NCBI GenBank assembly: GCA_964106645.2
Contig: OZ067038.1
Origin: Podarcis pityusensis
Taxonomy: Eukaryota
Length of the DNA: 63,834 nucleotides
Strand: one strand, 5' to 3'
The notes beneath the pieces were generated by a model. That model worked only from the letters and a program-made list of their open reading frames with translations. It was not told the origin of the DNA and made no database searches. This document shows positions 1 through 14,021 of this stretch, piece by piece. Within the stretch, counting starts at the first letter, position 1; each line of letters opens with the position of its first letter. Both the position numbers and the translations under genes were made by a program.

Positions 1-631
1 AGAAGGCACTACAAAAAGAGAGGAGTTGAAATAATCACACACTTGAAGTTTTAGAAAGCAGCTTCAGTTTAATTCACTGGTTTTGAATTTAATATCATAT
101 CAATACATTTTTTGTTTGGCTGGGGTGGTGGTGGATGCACACAATAAAATCCTCCAGATGCACTTAAGTTCCACTGACTTCAATAAACTGAAATAACTCT
201 GTACCTAGTAATGACCATAAGGCAACTATTTTCCTACAAGCTGTGCAATAGCAATAATGCCCACTGCTGCATTCTCTGTGTCCTGTTGACTATTACAGCC
301 ACACCTATTTAAACTCGCGTTATCTGGCAAGCTCATGGGTCTTCATGTTCCAGAAACATTTTTTGCTTCAAGCTCCACATCTGAAAAAGCGCATGACTTG
401 GCCTATGTCTTCTTGTGAACTTTTGTGTGTTTAAAAGCCGTGCTCTTCATGTTATGAGTATGGATTTTCCTTTCCAAGTTATGTGCATGTGTATCTCTTG
501 GTCAGCTTGCCAGCCAGCCTGTCAGTATTGTATTGCCACGTAAAAACTGGAAGATAAGACAGAACAGAAAAGACTACCACATACTGCGTCAGAAGATCGA
601 TTCATCTAGCTCAGCATTGTCAACACTGACT

Positions 632-1486
632 TGTGTGGCAAGGCCCCGAACCCTCCCCCTTTGTTGGAATAAAGACACTTGACACCAGTATTTTAGGTTA
701 ATGGACTAAAAAAGGTCACAACTTTATTGGTTACAGAATGTGAGTGGTATTGGCTTGGGCACTGGAACCGAACCGACTGTATCTGACTCCTGCCCGCCTG
801 CAGGAAGTCTCAGAAGGGTGAACCACCAGTAGGGGGAGCCCCGTCGATGCAAATCAACTTGAGCTCCCCCAGGGTCACCGATAGGGGTCGTGTCATGGCC
901 CTAGCCCCTACCTGGGCTTCGGAGCCCCCCCCCCCAGATTCCTTTAACAGAATACCCTTGAAATAGGTGGGTTAGGTGATGGCCACTGCCTCACCTCACC
1001 TCCAACTGAATACTCTAGTGCCTAACCGCCAAACCTTACAAAGTTGTGACGATTTGTTACGAGGTAGGCAAAAAATTGGCTGGTGCCAATTTGCCAAGTG
1101 GAAAAAAATTCTACCAAGCCCTTTTAATAGGCAACCAACCGAGGTCCATAGCAAGGTCAAAGGATTAAAAGCCTAATCTTAGGGAGGGAGGGTGGGAGAA
1201 CTGCACGAGTGGGAACCAGAAAAAGGGGTGAGAGCATGCCACGCCCCTTGGCTGATTTGGTCAGCCTGGGGCGTGATGCAGAGGGGACGTCCTATGATGC
1301 GGGGGCTAGACACACGTGCATGGGGCGGGCTCGTGTCCAGCCTGCAACTCCATTTCCCTGGGGAAGGGAAATTCCAGGATTTTCTGTGGAGAGTCCCAGG
1401 CCTATCTGGAAGAGCAACATACAAGCTTGGAGGACCTACCTGGAGCAAATGGAAATGCTTAATAGTGGTGAGATGAACTGGGGACA
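632..1486 (-). mobile_element. Probable solo LTR (ERV/LTR-retrotransposon-like)
   Basis: About 855 bp GC/CpG-richer block bounded by TG...CA. Minus-strand TATTAAAA (1129-1122) lies upstream of AATAAA (728-723). It abuts a truncated SINE fragment at its left edge. No clean TSD found. Confidence 0.5.
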
Positions 1487-3339
1487 TAAGGCGTTAGGGA
1501 AAGAAAATTAAATTAAACAAGTATGACATTGGAAAATATACCTTATTCTCAATTCCTAGCAGGGTTCTAGCAAGCTGAAGGCTCCCATTATGAGTAGGAC
1601 AGAGAAAAGAAAAAGAAGGATTTTTTTTCCTTATCAAAAGAAAAAAAAACTTTGGTTTATGGGAAGGTTTCTGGAGATTGGGATAGGGAAACTGTACTTT
1701 CCCCTCTCCTCCTTTCAGAAACTTTCCCATATACTGTAGCATGGAAAGGGGAGTTTTTCAGCCTCACAGCACCCATGCACCCCTGACCTTAATTGCCCAC
1801 CTCCAGTATGCTGTCAGTGGTAGGAGCTCAGCAAGCCAGTTTTCCCCCTCACCTCACCTCTTTGAATTTCAAGAACGAGGGCCAAAACCCACTATATATC
1901 TCCAGGGCTGGCATTATGACCTAGCATCATTCTGAAGCACATTTGGGGGTGGGGGGACAGCTGCCTTCAGTGGCAGCCACAATTAAAATGGTGAGGCCAC
2001 AATTTTTACCTCAGTTGTGAATACTACTCACAACAATGCTATGTCATGACATAATGTTGTTCTGGGCATCCTGGGGAAATGGCCAGCAGCTCAAAAAAGT
2101 GTGAAGGAGCAGCAGTGAGTTTTCAGCATTCCTGCCTTTGAAATATGTATGGCTCACCTCTCCACAACAGCCACAATGCCTCCCCACCCCCCATTTTTTG
2201 TGAATGTGGAAAGCCCACTTTAGTATTTTGACAACACATGCTAAGCAGCCGAGGGGTTTCCTTAGTTCAGAAGTCAGTCAGTAGATGTATCATATTTGCA
2301 TATAAAAACATGTCTTAGATATAACAAATATGCAGGTGAGGGAAGAATTTGGTGTTGAGCAAATTCCCCCACCCATTTAGCCATGATCATTTAGAGACCT
2401 AGGGTTGCCTCTCATAATCATTTTGAAAAGACATAGGTGTCTTTTCCAAAGGTCATAATCACACCTTAAGCATCCAAGAAAGAGTCCCGAGTTTGGTTTT
2501 GTTCTTATGCACTGGGTTGTAGTGAGGCTCTTGTAACATATATCAACTGAGGCAAGGATGGCCTGCACAAAAGGGCTAAGTACCTCTGACCAAGGGGTTG
2601 GGACTGCAAGGAAAGACAACTGAAGGAGCAGCGTACAGTAATGATGGACTCAACAGGGAGTTGCCTAGAAAAGCGGATGAGCATGGGAATGAGACACTCC
2701 AGCCCTGGAAATACAACTTCCAGGGAGTAAACTCCAGAAGTGAATGCAGGAACAAGGTTTGCCAAGGCAGGTTGAAGGATGTGTTTTGAGAGGAGGGCTC
2801 CAATCCTCCCCTCTCCTGCTGCTTTCCATTCTACGCTATCTTCTACCTCCTTTTTTGCATCAGATTCAATTGCTTCAGCACCCTTTGCTTCTTCTTTCCC
2901 ACTTTACCATTTCTGTGTGCCTGCCTTCCCTTCTGACCCTCTTACACCGAGAGAGGAAGCCAGCAAAACTTGCTGGCACTAGCAGTGGCGTTGGAGGCTG
3001 GTCCACGAAGGAAAATGGGGTGCTGTCCCACCAGTCACAATCTACCCTCAGCCTGGCCCCACCTGCCCACTGTCTTACCTACCACCTGTCATTGGCTCTG
3101 GGTCCACCTACTGTTGGTCTTCCCAACTCCCACCCTACCAGTCTCAATGGGCAGCAGTGACGCAGTGACATTCCGTGGCACCTTGTCATATGGTTTCCTC
3201 CATACAGCAAGTCCAGACAAAGGTCCCATTTATCCAATAGGTCTCCATTTCTGGTTTGCTGATGGCAAATAGCAATGTGGTTCCAACTCTGTGTCCATTC
3301 AAAGTGTAGGGAAATATGCAGAATTCCCAAAAAGAATCA

Positions 3340-3341
<2 letters not shown>

Positions 3342-3375
<34 letters not shown>
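3342..3375. repeat. (GT)n microsatellite
   Basis: Direct reading. Confidence 0.95.
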
Positions 3376-3378
<3 letters not shown>

Positions 3379-5128
3379 CTTGGATAAGCCAAACTATAGC
3401 TGGCTTTCCGTGTACAGAAAAGCTGTTGTGGGTTTTTTTTAACACTGAAAAGGTTTGTAGCTTCTTGTGAGAGAAGAGAATGGTTGAAACACTCTGTGGC
3501 ATTGACACCACTGACTCAAAACGATACCGATAGGCCACTGTAAATGGAATACCTGGAACACAGGAAATTAAGTGCTACAGTTCAACAAATATCATCTGTG
3601 GATACATCTGTAAGCTTTCTTGTATCACTATGAAGAAAATGTTAATGCAAATGCAAGTGATTCAGGTGAATGAATCGTCTGTTATTGGAATCGAATGGAC
3701 AGAGGGGGAAGAAGGAAGGACACTGCCAAAATGTATGTTAGGCATTGTCAAACTAATTTTCTTATACATGGTTTGAGTCTGCTACCAACCTGGCCCTGTG
3801 GGCTTCAAGCTTTGGCCTGAGCCAGATTATGAGACTCAGCACACTCACCTTAGATTGTGAGTTGATTTTCAGGTCAGTGGTAGTAGAAAATAAGTCAGTG
3901 GAGTGAAAAGACTCCACTGACAAAGATTCTGAGGTCACCCTACATACGTTGTTGTTGTTTAAATCAAATAGCTTGAGGCTAATTCAAACAATCTACTTTT
4001 TGCACCTTAGCTAAATGGAGTGTGTTGTGTAGCCGCTGTGACAGTCAGCTGGGATCTCCACAACCACAGCTGCTGACTGAACACCATTCATTCCATTGCA
4101 ATGGGATTAAGATTATTGACAGAAATTATATATGAATCACCGAGGTCAAAGGATGAATACATTATATTAAGCCAATCATAGTGTATTTTTAAAAATTGTA
4201 TTCCATTTTACTATTAAAGTAATAGTCAAAGCAGTTTACAAGGAAATGAAAATACAATATAATAAACAAGAACAAGACAAGACATCCTGAACAAGGGCTG
4301 CATTCAGATGTGAGTATTGCGTTCGTTTTACTGGTTATAGCACTAGTGCTTCTGTCGTGGTTTCTAACATTCCTTTTACACCGCAGTACCTGTTGAGTTT
4401 TTCTGCCACATTGCATGAAATTTTACAGGGTGGGAAAGAACTATGAGCCAGGATACCACCCCAAATTTCATCACAGGAGCAATGGTGGTGGGATCATGAA
4501 AATCGCAATGTATAACTCCCACGATTTTCTGAGTTAATGGGGTAGCAAACAGATCTTTTTTCCTGGAAACAATTAAGACAGAAATGAGCATTAAAGTGGG
4601 AGCTTTCTAAAACTTAAGATCTTTTTCCGCGAAACTACTATAAATGCAAAATCAGAATAGAGAGGTTAAAATTGTGGCTACTGGGTAACGGTATTGTGTA
4701 AAGTTGAAAATAAGAGGTGGGGATTAAAGATTTGCACTTGGAATATGCCGGGGGGGTGGTTCTTCTTCAAACAAGTGGCATATTAATTTTATGAAATAAA
4801 ATAAATATAAATAAATATCATTTTCACATGGTCACCCTAAAAAAAGGTTTATAATCCTGTATATGAGCCTATAGTTACTGCTAGAATTATAGAATTGTAG
4901 CTACAGTTTTAGAAAGCTACCAAGCTACAAAGACTAGCTAAAAACGGTGGTAGTGGGAGTCCAGGAAGCATATGGATTTCCTTAATAGCCCACTGTTGTC
5001 CCCTCCCATAATTTGAGCATTGCTCATAGCTGCAGACTGAAAATAATCCCCTTTCCTGGAGACAGGTGGAGTGTGAGAAATAGCAGGCTAAACCTGGAGG
5101 ACAGTTGTGTACATTAACTCAATGCAAG

Positions 5129-5130
<2 letters not shown>

Positions 5131-5190
<60 letters not shown>
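5131..5190. repeat. Compound (TC)n(TG)n microsatellite
   Basis: Direct reading. Confidence 0.95.
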
Positions 5191-5193
<3 letters not shown>

Positions 5194-6504
5194 ATTCCTA
5201 GCTAAACCTAATGTGCTCTACACTGTGACATCAGAATGGTTATAAAAACACAATGTGTGTTGCTACCTTTGCAGGTGCCAAGGTCTTTGCTGCTCTGATT
5301 CGACAGCCTCAGTTGTTCTCTTGATATCATGGAAGTTTGGCCCACCTTGGCTCCTGCTGCCGAGAATAAGGAAACTGTACAAACTGGAAAACCTCATGAG
5401 TCTTCAGTGTTCAGTAAACTCCCTCACTTAAAGGCAGAGTGCCAGGTGCTTTCGAATGACACCTTGTGGGTGCAGATTGGCTGAGCAGCCTTGGAGCTTT
5501 TTTTTTTTTTTTTTTTGCTAAAAAGGAGAGACATCTCTTAACTGCTGATACTCAGTGTAGGATATGCTGTACCCAGGCCAAAAAAAAGCCCAGAAATCTA
5601 GTTCTGCACTGGCTTAGCTCATTCCAGTGAGCTGACAGGAAGCCAGATAGAGCTAACTGCCTTTCTTGTTGTCCTTTCTCAAGAGGACTCCAGCCAACTT
5701 GATCATTCACAACTGCCCCTTTAATAGGACCTGTGCAAGCCGAGGGGGATTTCATCAGACTGCAGGCAAATGCTTTTGGTCTGCATCCAAGTTGCTTTGT
5801 ACCCTAGCTTTTGTTGAGGGGGAAAAAGGCATATTCAGTGACAGCACTGTGTAATTTGTTTTGGTGGTAGCTCTCTGCATTCACCTAGCTGAATAGGCTC
5901 TGTACCTAGCTTTTTTCAATTAAATTACTCTCCTACTTTCTGCTGTTTCTTTTGTTTGTGGATTGTTCTTCCTCCCCCTCCCTCTCTAAGTACGCTTGCC
6001 AGTGGGGCTCGCATCAAAGACACATAAAACATACCGGTGGAGAATTCACACATTCCCAGTCCTGTTATTGTTAGAGAGCCAAGGAATAACACACATACCA
6101 ACCTTCTTAAAATGGTGCTTTCCTTCCTCCTGAGATCTGCTCTCAACATATTTATTTAGGAGGTAGAAGATGGAAGGAGGAGCATTAGGAAAGTTGTTGC
6201 ATTCTCCTTTTCCCTGTACAAGAAATAGATGTTCCTCTGGCTTTTGCTGCCGTTATTAAAGCCAGCCCATGCAGAAAAGGTTGAGTATTCCTCATGTCCA
6301 AGGCCTGCTATGATCAGATCCAAGCAGTGGCCAGTGTTGAGGCAGGGAATTCCACAGGAGCAGAGTAGCTGCCAAGAACACCCACCTTCCTTCTGTACAT
6401 AAGTGAGTGAGAGAATATTACCCGGTAGATAACATGGTTGTTCCCCAACACAAGGTCCACATCAGGACAGAATGAGTCGTTGAATTCAGTGGAATGATGA
6501 GCTC

Positions 6505-6630
6505 AGGCCCGGTTTTCCAGGGGCAGCCCCAGATTTACAGAAGCTGTCCTGGTTTCTGATTTGATCCTGGAATGTCCCGCTTTTCCTTAGGATGTCCCTA
6601 TTTTCATCGAAAAAATATTGGAGGGTATTT
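6505..6630. mobile_element. Non-autonomous DNA transposon (hAT-like) fragment
   Basis: Ends in ...gatgtccctattttcatcgaaaaaatattggagggtat, resembling a squamate hAT-MITE terminus recalled from memory. Confidence 0.4.
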
Positions 6631-7321
6631 ATGTTCCAGGCCACCGTACACAATTTCCAGCACGGTGTGAAATGTGATTGGAATTGATCTTACCAAATAA
6701 TATTTGCCTATGCTGATCATTGATATATGTCAATGGCTTTCCCTAAAATAAACCAAGAAGTGGAACTATGGAGGAAAATGGGGGAAAGCAGATTCCAAGG
6801 CAATTGTTGGAGTTTTGAGTAGTATGGCTGTCTCCCCTGCAGGAGACTTCTGAGGATATCACTTTGCTCAATAAAAGTTTTTCCCCCTGCATCTTCTTGG
6901 ACGAAAGAGCCCTGTGCCAGCAAAAGCTGAAAGGGGGAGCCATATGTGAAATATCTTCTCTAATTTTGGTGCCTTTTAATAGCATGGATCAGTTCTGGCC
7001 CATCTTGCAAGCCACAGAATACCAAATTAGACCGTCACTCCCTTTGCTAAAATACTCCACTGGCTTAAGTCTTATCAAAATGAATGAAGCTTGCCCTGGC
7101 AGCACACTGTGAGGAACTGTGCCAAAGTCATGTCTATATTAAGCAGAGCTGTAGTATATTGCTTGCTTTTCATTTGCCAAAGATAATTAGAATCAAAGAT
7201 ACCTCTAATAAATAATGCTAAACTTCAATAAAACTATTAGATGATGCCTCTCCCCATATGCAATATCTTAAGATAAATAGAAATTAATCTTTAAATACCC
7301 AGCTGGCAATGGGATTTAAAG

Positions 7322-7324
<3 letters not shown>

Positions 7325-7355
<31 letters not shown>
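7325..7355. repeat. (GT)n microsatellite
   Basis: Direct reading. Confidence 0.95.
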
Positions 7356-7360
<5 letters not shown>

Positions 7361-7639
7361 GGAAAGAGAACATATCATACATTATTCTTACAGAGATTGT
7401 TCTCAGTGTTATAGTAGAAGTAACACAAGATGTTTCATTAACATAACATAAAGCACTTTCAGGCTGATAAGCAGTAAAAGTATTTTCATTCAGTTTTAGG
7501 TGTGCTCACAGAAGTATACTCTGAACAAGCAGCTAGGAAAGCACCCCCCCCCCGCCCCGCTGCTAAAGACTTCCTGTCACAACTTCTCTTCTCCTTCTAG
7601 ATCCTCAGGCTGCACTCCCCACCCCAATACAATTAAAGT

Positions 7640-7780
7640 ACATTTGAAGCACACAATTTCTCCTCCCAAATCCTGGAAACTGTAGTTTATCCCTCACAGA
7701 GCTACGATTCCTAACATTCTTCAACAAACTACAGTTCCCAGATTTCTTCAGGCAGGGGGACGCAATGTGTTTTAAATGTG
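7640..7780. mobile_element. Degenerate palindromic MITE
   Basis: Imperfect inverted arms: acatttgaagcaca / tgtgttttaaatgt and ggaaactgtagttt / aaactacagttccc. Confidence 0.55.
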
Positions 7781-7843
7781 CCTCTCCACACAATCCTATG
7801 AATGACTTCTAATGGTATTTCTTTTTTCCTATCTTCGAATAGT

Positions 7844-7913
7844 TGTTGTTTAGTCATTTAGTCGTGTCCGACTCTTCGTGACCCCATGGACCAGAGCACG
7901 CCAGGCACTCCTG
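7844..7913 (-). mobile_element. 5'-truncated Bov-B/RTE LINE 3' end
   Basis: Minus strand encodes EDRSAWRALVHGVTKSRTRLND* (typical RTE/Bov-B C-terminus) plus an (AAC)n tail. Flanked by the direct repeat tcttcgaatagt at 7832-7843 and 7914-7925. Confidence 0.88.
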
Positions 7914-8872
7914 TCTTCGAATAGTAGGTGGGCAAAAGTGCTCACATCCTGACTGCCATGTTTTGTTTCATTCCACACCCCAATGCATTTTCCGCCAAGA
8001 GAAAGGAAGGAAGAAGAGAGTAGCAAACCAAATACCTTTCGGCATACCAACATCTGCATTTTTTTTTAACATGGTGAGAACCTGAAAGTCAAGAGCTTGG
8101 GCTGAAGTTTGAGAACTGGAAGCTGTGGGTGTGGAGCAGCTCCACAATGAAGACTTCCACTCCATCTGCCACTATGAGGCCTACCATACAGGCTCAGTAT
8201 CGGCCCAGGAAAGGCAGTCCAAGCATGCTCAGAGCTGTTTCCTAAGGCCAAACTGGGCCCACACCTCAAAGCACTTTCTTTGTAACAAGCAAGGAGAAAG
8301 GTATGGCTACTAGTCGGAGCACCTTGGTTTTTTAAATCAATATTAAGTGGTGGGGAGTGTGCATATCTTTCTACGCTATCTATCGTTTTGCCTAATCGTT
8401 TGCAGTTATTTTTGTGAATGGAGGAGGAGGAGGATTGTCAGAAGAAATGGTGGGTGGCTTCTATGTGTGTTGCAACTTTCAACACTTGTGTGCTGTTGGA
8501 ACTGTAGGGCGTGTGTGTGTGTGTGTGTAGGCCTGAGAGATCCAATTCATTCATTTTTAGCAGAAAGAAAATTAAAATAAGCTTGCTGCATCATAACGGC
8601 TTTGGAATTTGTGTCAAGCATTTTGATGAGGTTTCCTGTTTCACGCTGCCAGCATTGTTGTCCACGTCTATCTCTGCTCTTCAGAGGGCCGAGCAGAGAT
8701 GATCCAGCAGGCTGCTCCACCTATCTCTCCAGTGCAGCTTCCCAGCAACTATTAATGTTCCAACCTCAGCCACCATTTAAACAGGAAGAGCACTGGCAGC
8801 TTGTCACTTTGCAAAGCCAACGTCCGGTCTGGTCTATATTTTAACATTCTAAAAGAAGACCACCTAAGGAAA

Positions 8873-8875
<3 letters not shown>

Positions 8876-8913
<38 letters not shown>
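8876..8913. repeat. (AT)n microsatellite
   Basis: Direct reading. Confidence 0.95.
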
Positions 8914-8915
<2 letters not shown>

Positions 8916-11900
8916 CTCTTCTTCATGTCCACAAAAAAGACATTTGATTGCACCTATCCCTCTCTTTGCAAATGCAAGGGCTAGTTTCTCATGCTACACA
9001 CATTACCAGAGCTGTTAAGTTGGACACATGCCCTGGTCACAATGAACTCAGAAATTTATTATTTTTTTGTAACTATCCCATTCTAGATTCAGGGAATTCA
9101 GGACAGGATACATAGACCCCTAGTCTTTTTTTACTCATCACATCAACTCTGAGAGGTAGGTTATGCTGCAATATAGGCCCAAGGTGTGCCGGTCACCCAA
9201 TTGGAGTCTGTTCATTGCACAAGCAATGTTCCTTACCCAACTTTGCTCCCTGACCACACATTGTAGGCCACCCAGCCTTATGACTGAGTCTTATGAGGCT
9301 TCTAGAGATCAACTGACAACTCTACATGAGCCACCTGATATTTCTGTCAGTTGACAACCCACGTGACTCCTCTTACAGCCGGGTTGAAAAAGTAGACCCA
9401 ACATGTCTGTGGCCATTACATTCGGCTCTGAAGAGTTGCACATGTGAGCCTGTGCTCACCCAGCTGTGGGTCTATTTGTCCAGAGCATCAAGTGTCAACA
9501 GGCATGCAGTACTCCTGAGAACAACCGGATGTCAGCAAGCTTCATGTAACAGAAGGGAGTGCAGCAGAGTCGGTTTATTTCTCTTACCCCTCCGTGCTTC
9601 TTTAATTCCGACTCAAGTTTGCTTCCATTCCCATGTTCAGATGGTGTTATTTCATTCTGTCACTGTAAATTACTGTTGCTGAAAACGCTGAATCAGGAAA
9701 TGGGTTATAGCTCTTGAAGAAATGAATCCCACATTATGTCAAAGTGCTTCTGCCTGCAGTTTATGCTGTGTCCCTCAGCGTGAGTCATTGTCACACATTT
9801 TGAAGGCCAGCGTTACACATCAGAGTCTTCAGGGTGTCAGCTTTTCTTGTTCCTGCAATCTTTGTGGGCAGATAATGTTGTTAGGTGACCTTTTTGCTTA
9901 ATTCTGAGAGTGTGGGGTTGTGATTCCAGGGCTTATGATACAGCAGAACGGCTAGAGAGATAAAGCTGCTTGTTTAGCTGCAGCCCCCCTAATGAGTTCA
10001 GTCGGACTGCCGAGGTCGGCAAGAGTGGCCAAGAACAGGATGTCATTTTTTTTTTATTTCCAAAACCTCTTGAAGGAGAGATGATTATTAAAGTTGGGAA
10101 TCGGATGTAGAGCATGAAGTGGGTCCAGGAATTCAAACAAACAAAACCAAACCAATGCACGAACGAATAAATGTTATACTTAACAGTTTTGCTGGGGAAA
10201 CCCCAGCTCTTTCTGGGGTACCGAATAGGATACCCCAAAGAGCTTTGCCTCTGCAACCACATTTACTCATTTAACTAAGGGCACTTCCAGAATGACCCAC
10301 TTTTGTGCAGATCTTCCACACATTTGGGCAGATGCTGGTATAGATACCCTTTGTACACTAAGAGTGCACCTTCATAACCCACCGCAAAGAGAGCCTTGCG
10401 ATAAATAGCAACCGTTAAATCTTGCACAGCAAATCCACTTTGGACATTTTGCAGAAGGGAAATGGATGGGAAAACTAGAGTGGGAAGTGCAGGATAACAA
10501 CCACTTAATAGTGAGGTTGTATAGCCTCCGCACAAGTTTTGTGAAAACAAATTAGGATGATTGTTCCATATATGCTTTGTCTGGAAACGACCACATTGTA
10601 TATCTTGGATTTAGCACAAGTGCTGATAATGCATTGCCCTGCTTTGTTGTTTTCAGCTTCTGGGTGTGCTCTATATAATCTGGTTCTTTCAGAGAATAAG
10701 AGTCTTGGAGGTTAATTTATGATGCCGTTATAAATATATTTGATAACTTTAGCAACGTAACAAATAACTTCAGTTCGTTTCTTCTGCAGCATCATTCGAC
10801 ACGTGGAAGGTTTCTGTGAATCTCTCTTATGTGAATGGGAAAGCCTTGTGAATAAAAGGTATGTGGCTGCTCTGCTATGGCCTTTAAATGTACCAAAATA
10901 AATAAACAAATCACAAGGTAAGAAACGACATCAGAAATAAGGTTCCCTCCCTTGTAGTTAGCTTAAAAGAAAAGCAGAACTTGGGCCTTTGCAGGCAATG
11001 AGCAGGGAACTGTTATTTGATTGGTTAACTATAAAGACAGCAAACACACACACACCATAGAACATCCCACAGTGCTTATAATGTCTCTCCATCCCTTATT
11101 CCCTCCCTTTAGTAGCATACTTCAGTGTCAATGTATAATAATAACACATGCAATGAGTTTGCGCTTGCCAGCCAGCTAGACTTTGTAGACATTCTCCCAC
11201 ACTGAGAGAAAGAAAAATAATTCACTGGCACCGATTTCATCTTCCACAAGTATGGAGAGTAGGAATCTCTCTCTCCTTTGCTTCCACTCCACCCACTCTC
11301 ACGACTCTGTCCCTCTCAGATCTTCTTTGTTTCATGCTGGGAACACAAAGGAGCAGATTGTTTTGGCTAGGATGAGATGGACACAGATGTGACCACCTGT
11401 TGCATGCTCCTTCCTTTCCATTGTGTCCTGAAGCACTTCTGAGGAAAAAACCACGGGGGGAGGAAAACGGTGACCTTTGGCATTGTTCAGTACCAAGCAC
11501 GCTCTGCCGTGGTTCGTTCCTTGATGTCCAGGTTGGCAGCTTGGCGCCCGCTGTACTGCTCCACTCAGAGGGTGCCCGAGCAGAGATGTGCCAACACAGG
11601 ATCTGGTTTTGCCACAGCTTCTTCTCTGATTTCAAAGAGAGGAAATATCCTCGGACAAATCTGCTATGCCAAGGTTGAAAATGTTCCGCACCACAGATGG
11701 CGACCATAAGGTGCAAGCGAGTTTTCCGATGAACTGCAGATGCCCTGCCCATTTGTTTCACTTCTGAAGTCTTAAAGGGGGTGGGGGTGGCAGAGAAACA
11801 CCCACTTTTTTTTTTCATTTATGGAGTGAGAAAATTTGCTCAAAACAGTTCCTCACTTTAACTCCTCTGCCCTGTACTATTCATGGCATCCCTGCTACTT

Positions 11901-12002
11901 CCAATTTGACAAGAGTGTAGCTCCTGTTGCAAATCACCCCTCTTGTAGCACATTTGTAGCAATCCATTCCTTGGAAAGGAACGGAAAATTGTGAAGGTGG
12001 TG

Positions 12003-12033
<31 letters not shown>

Positions 12034-12649
12034 AATTTTGCTCCAGTTCAAGCTTCTGTTGCAAGAGGCTCTCTTGGTTATTCTAAGTGATGACTCACAA
12101 GACCAGTTGCAAAATGAGTTGCACACTGTGCCAGCCTTCTGCATCTGAATGCATAAGTGTCCACCTAGCTTTTAACATAACCGATGCTTTTAGGTCAAAT
12201 GCTGCTTTGCTTACAGGATATTGATTGCAGGGGAATTTCCCAGCAAACAGCACGAGGGGACTTTTCAATCCCTCGGCTATATGTACTGGGTAGGCCAGCG
12301 GCGGCAGCAATAGTTGCAAAAAGCAAAAGGCAAAGCATCTTATGACTTTCCACTTCCTCTGAGGCCGTACCTTTGTGCAAGTATTGGCACAGCCGTGCTG
12401 TCCCGGATGTGCCTTCTGAAGAGAAGGTGGCTGTTGAGGTGTTGTACAGCCTGACAGTGAAAAGTGCAGGTTTCATGGCCATTTGGCTACATTTTGTCCA
12501 AAGATTGGAAAGCTAGTGACACTCACGTATGCTAGAGGTGACTGAAAAACAAGGGGAGCGGGTGTAGCTGAATGACAGGGAGAGCAAACGAAGCTGGCAC
12601 TTAGCATACAGAGTGGCAAAGAATCCCCCCCCCCCCCACAAAAAAGCAA

Positions 12650-13100
12650 TATTTAGAATCAAAAAGGAAACTGCCAGTATCGTAATGCCTTTCGTGCAAG
12701 TTTATCGTGTGACCACAATTGAAATATTGGATGCAGTTCTAGTTTCTGCACACCTCAAAAGAGATACCACAGGGCTGGCAAAGGTGCAAAAAGGACAACC
12801 AAAATGATCTGGAGGCTGGTGTATCTTCCACTCTATGGGGAAAAGTTATAATACTTAGAACTTTTTAATTTAGGGTGGGGAGTAAGGAGAGACTTGCTAA
12901 ATCATGCAAGTGCATAGAAAGAAGTTATTGCACCATTTTCTTAATTTTAGAACTCAGGGGCCATTGGACAAAGCTGAAGGGTGAGAGATTTGGGAAACGA
13001 AGTACTTCCTCACATGGTTAAGCTGTGGAATTCCCTGCCACAAGGTGTAGTGATGGCCACCAATCGGGATGGCTTTAAAAGAGGAATTAGACAAGCTCCT
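12650..13100 (+). mobile_element. Degraded CR1 LINE, 3' part of ORF2
   Basis: Frame-broken peptides HLKRDTTGLAKVQKG and VKLWNSLPQGVVMATNRDGFKRG resemble the CR1 reverse-transcriptase C-terminal region. Confidence 0.75.
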
Positions 13101-13981
13101 GATGCCCTGATGACTACGTTCTGCCTCCTGTACCAGATGTCTTATGCCTCTGAAAGCCAGTTTCTGAAGAACAACAGCAGGAGAGGGTTACTGTGGTTGT
13201 GTCTTGCTTGCAGGCTTCTGAGGGACACCTGGTTGACCACTGCTGGACTAAACAGGCTTCTGGTTGGAGCCAGCCACCTCTTTTTATGCGCTTGTGTTCT
13301 TTTAAAAGGGTTTGGCAGGGGAGCTCTTTTTTGTTTGTTTGCAATTCAAGGGTGCTGCTTGCTGCTAGGAATCTGGAATTGTCAGCCGGCGCTTCTGTGC
13401 CTCTGTGGTGCCTGCCCAACTTGCACGTTGGCGAAGAAACAGATGATTACAAAGGCACCTTAAGTCCCCAGGGCTCTCTTCTCCAACTGAGAGCCAAGCT
13501 GCTCCCAATTTCCCACCGCTTGGCGAAGGGGAAGTGGGAAATAATATTAAGAGTGCACCTCTGATTCAAAGACCCTCTTGCTCTGGGTTTCCCTTTTGCG
13601 ATTTCCTTCGTTTCATTGTGGGGAACATAGCTTCTGATTTGCAGCGTTGTCAGATTTATAGGACTTCACTTCCTGCCTAAACAGGGGCATAAAATAAAAT
13701 GAAGGAGTATAAACCGACCAAGTATCCCAAGTGTTCTTTCTGTTATTCCAAAAATAGTAGGTTTCGCAGGAATGCCTTGAGAGAGAGAGATATAAAATGA
13801 TATGTATGTTCAAATGTGCATCCTGGGATCTTTCTAAGCATTAATAACATAAGCATTACCCACTTGGAAATAAATCCATGCCATCATAAAATTAACATGT
13901 AGGTGAAAGGTGAAAGAGGGATTTAGATAGAGAGATGAAGGCAGCAAGACTTTTAACAGCATTGGCCCTGCCATGGCAATG

Positions 13982-14018
<37 letters not shown>

Positions 14019-14021
14019 CGC
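13982..14021. repeat. (GT)n(GC)n alternating purine-pyrimidine tract
   Basis: Direct reading. Confidence 0.95.

Noticed and set aside
2505-2903. Open minus-strand frame with a charged stretch (SGKEEAKGAEAIESDAKKEVED...)
   Set aside because: Explained by a purine-rich low-complexity tract; no start or splice context and no recognisable homology.
11237-11818. 193-aa minus-strand ORF and overlapping plus-strand ORFs
   Set aside because: Random-looking composition with no known motif; ORFs of this length occur by chance in 64 kb.
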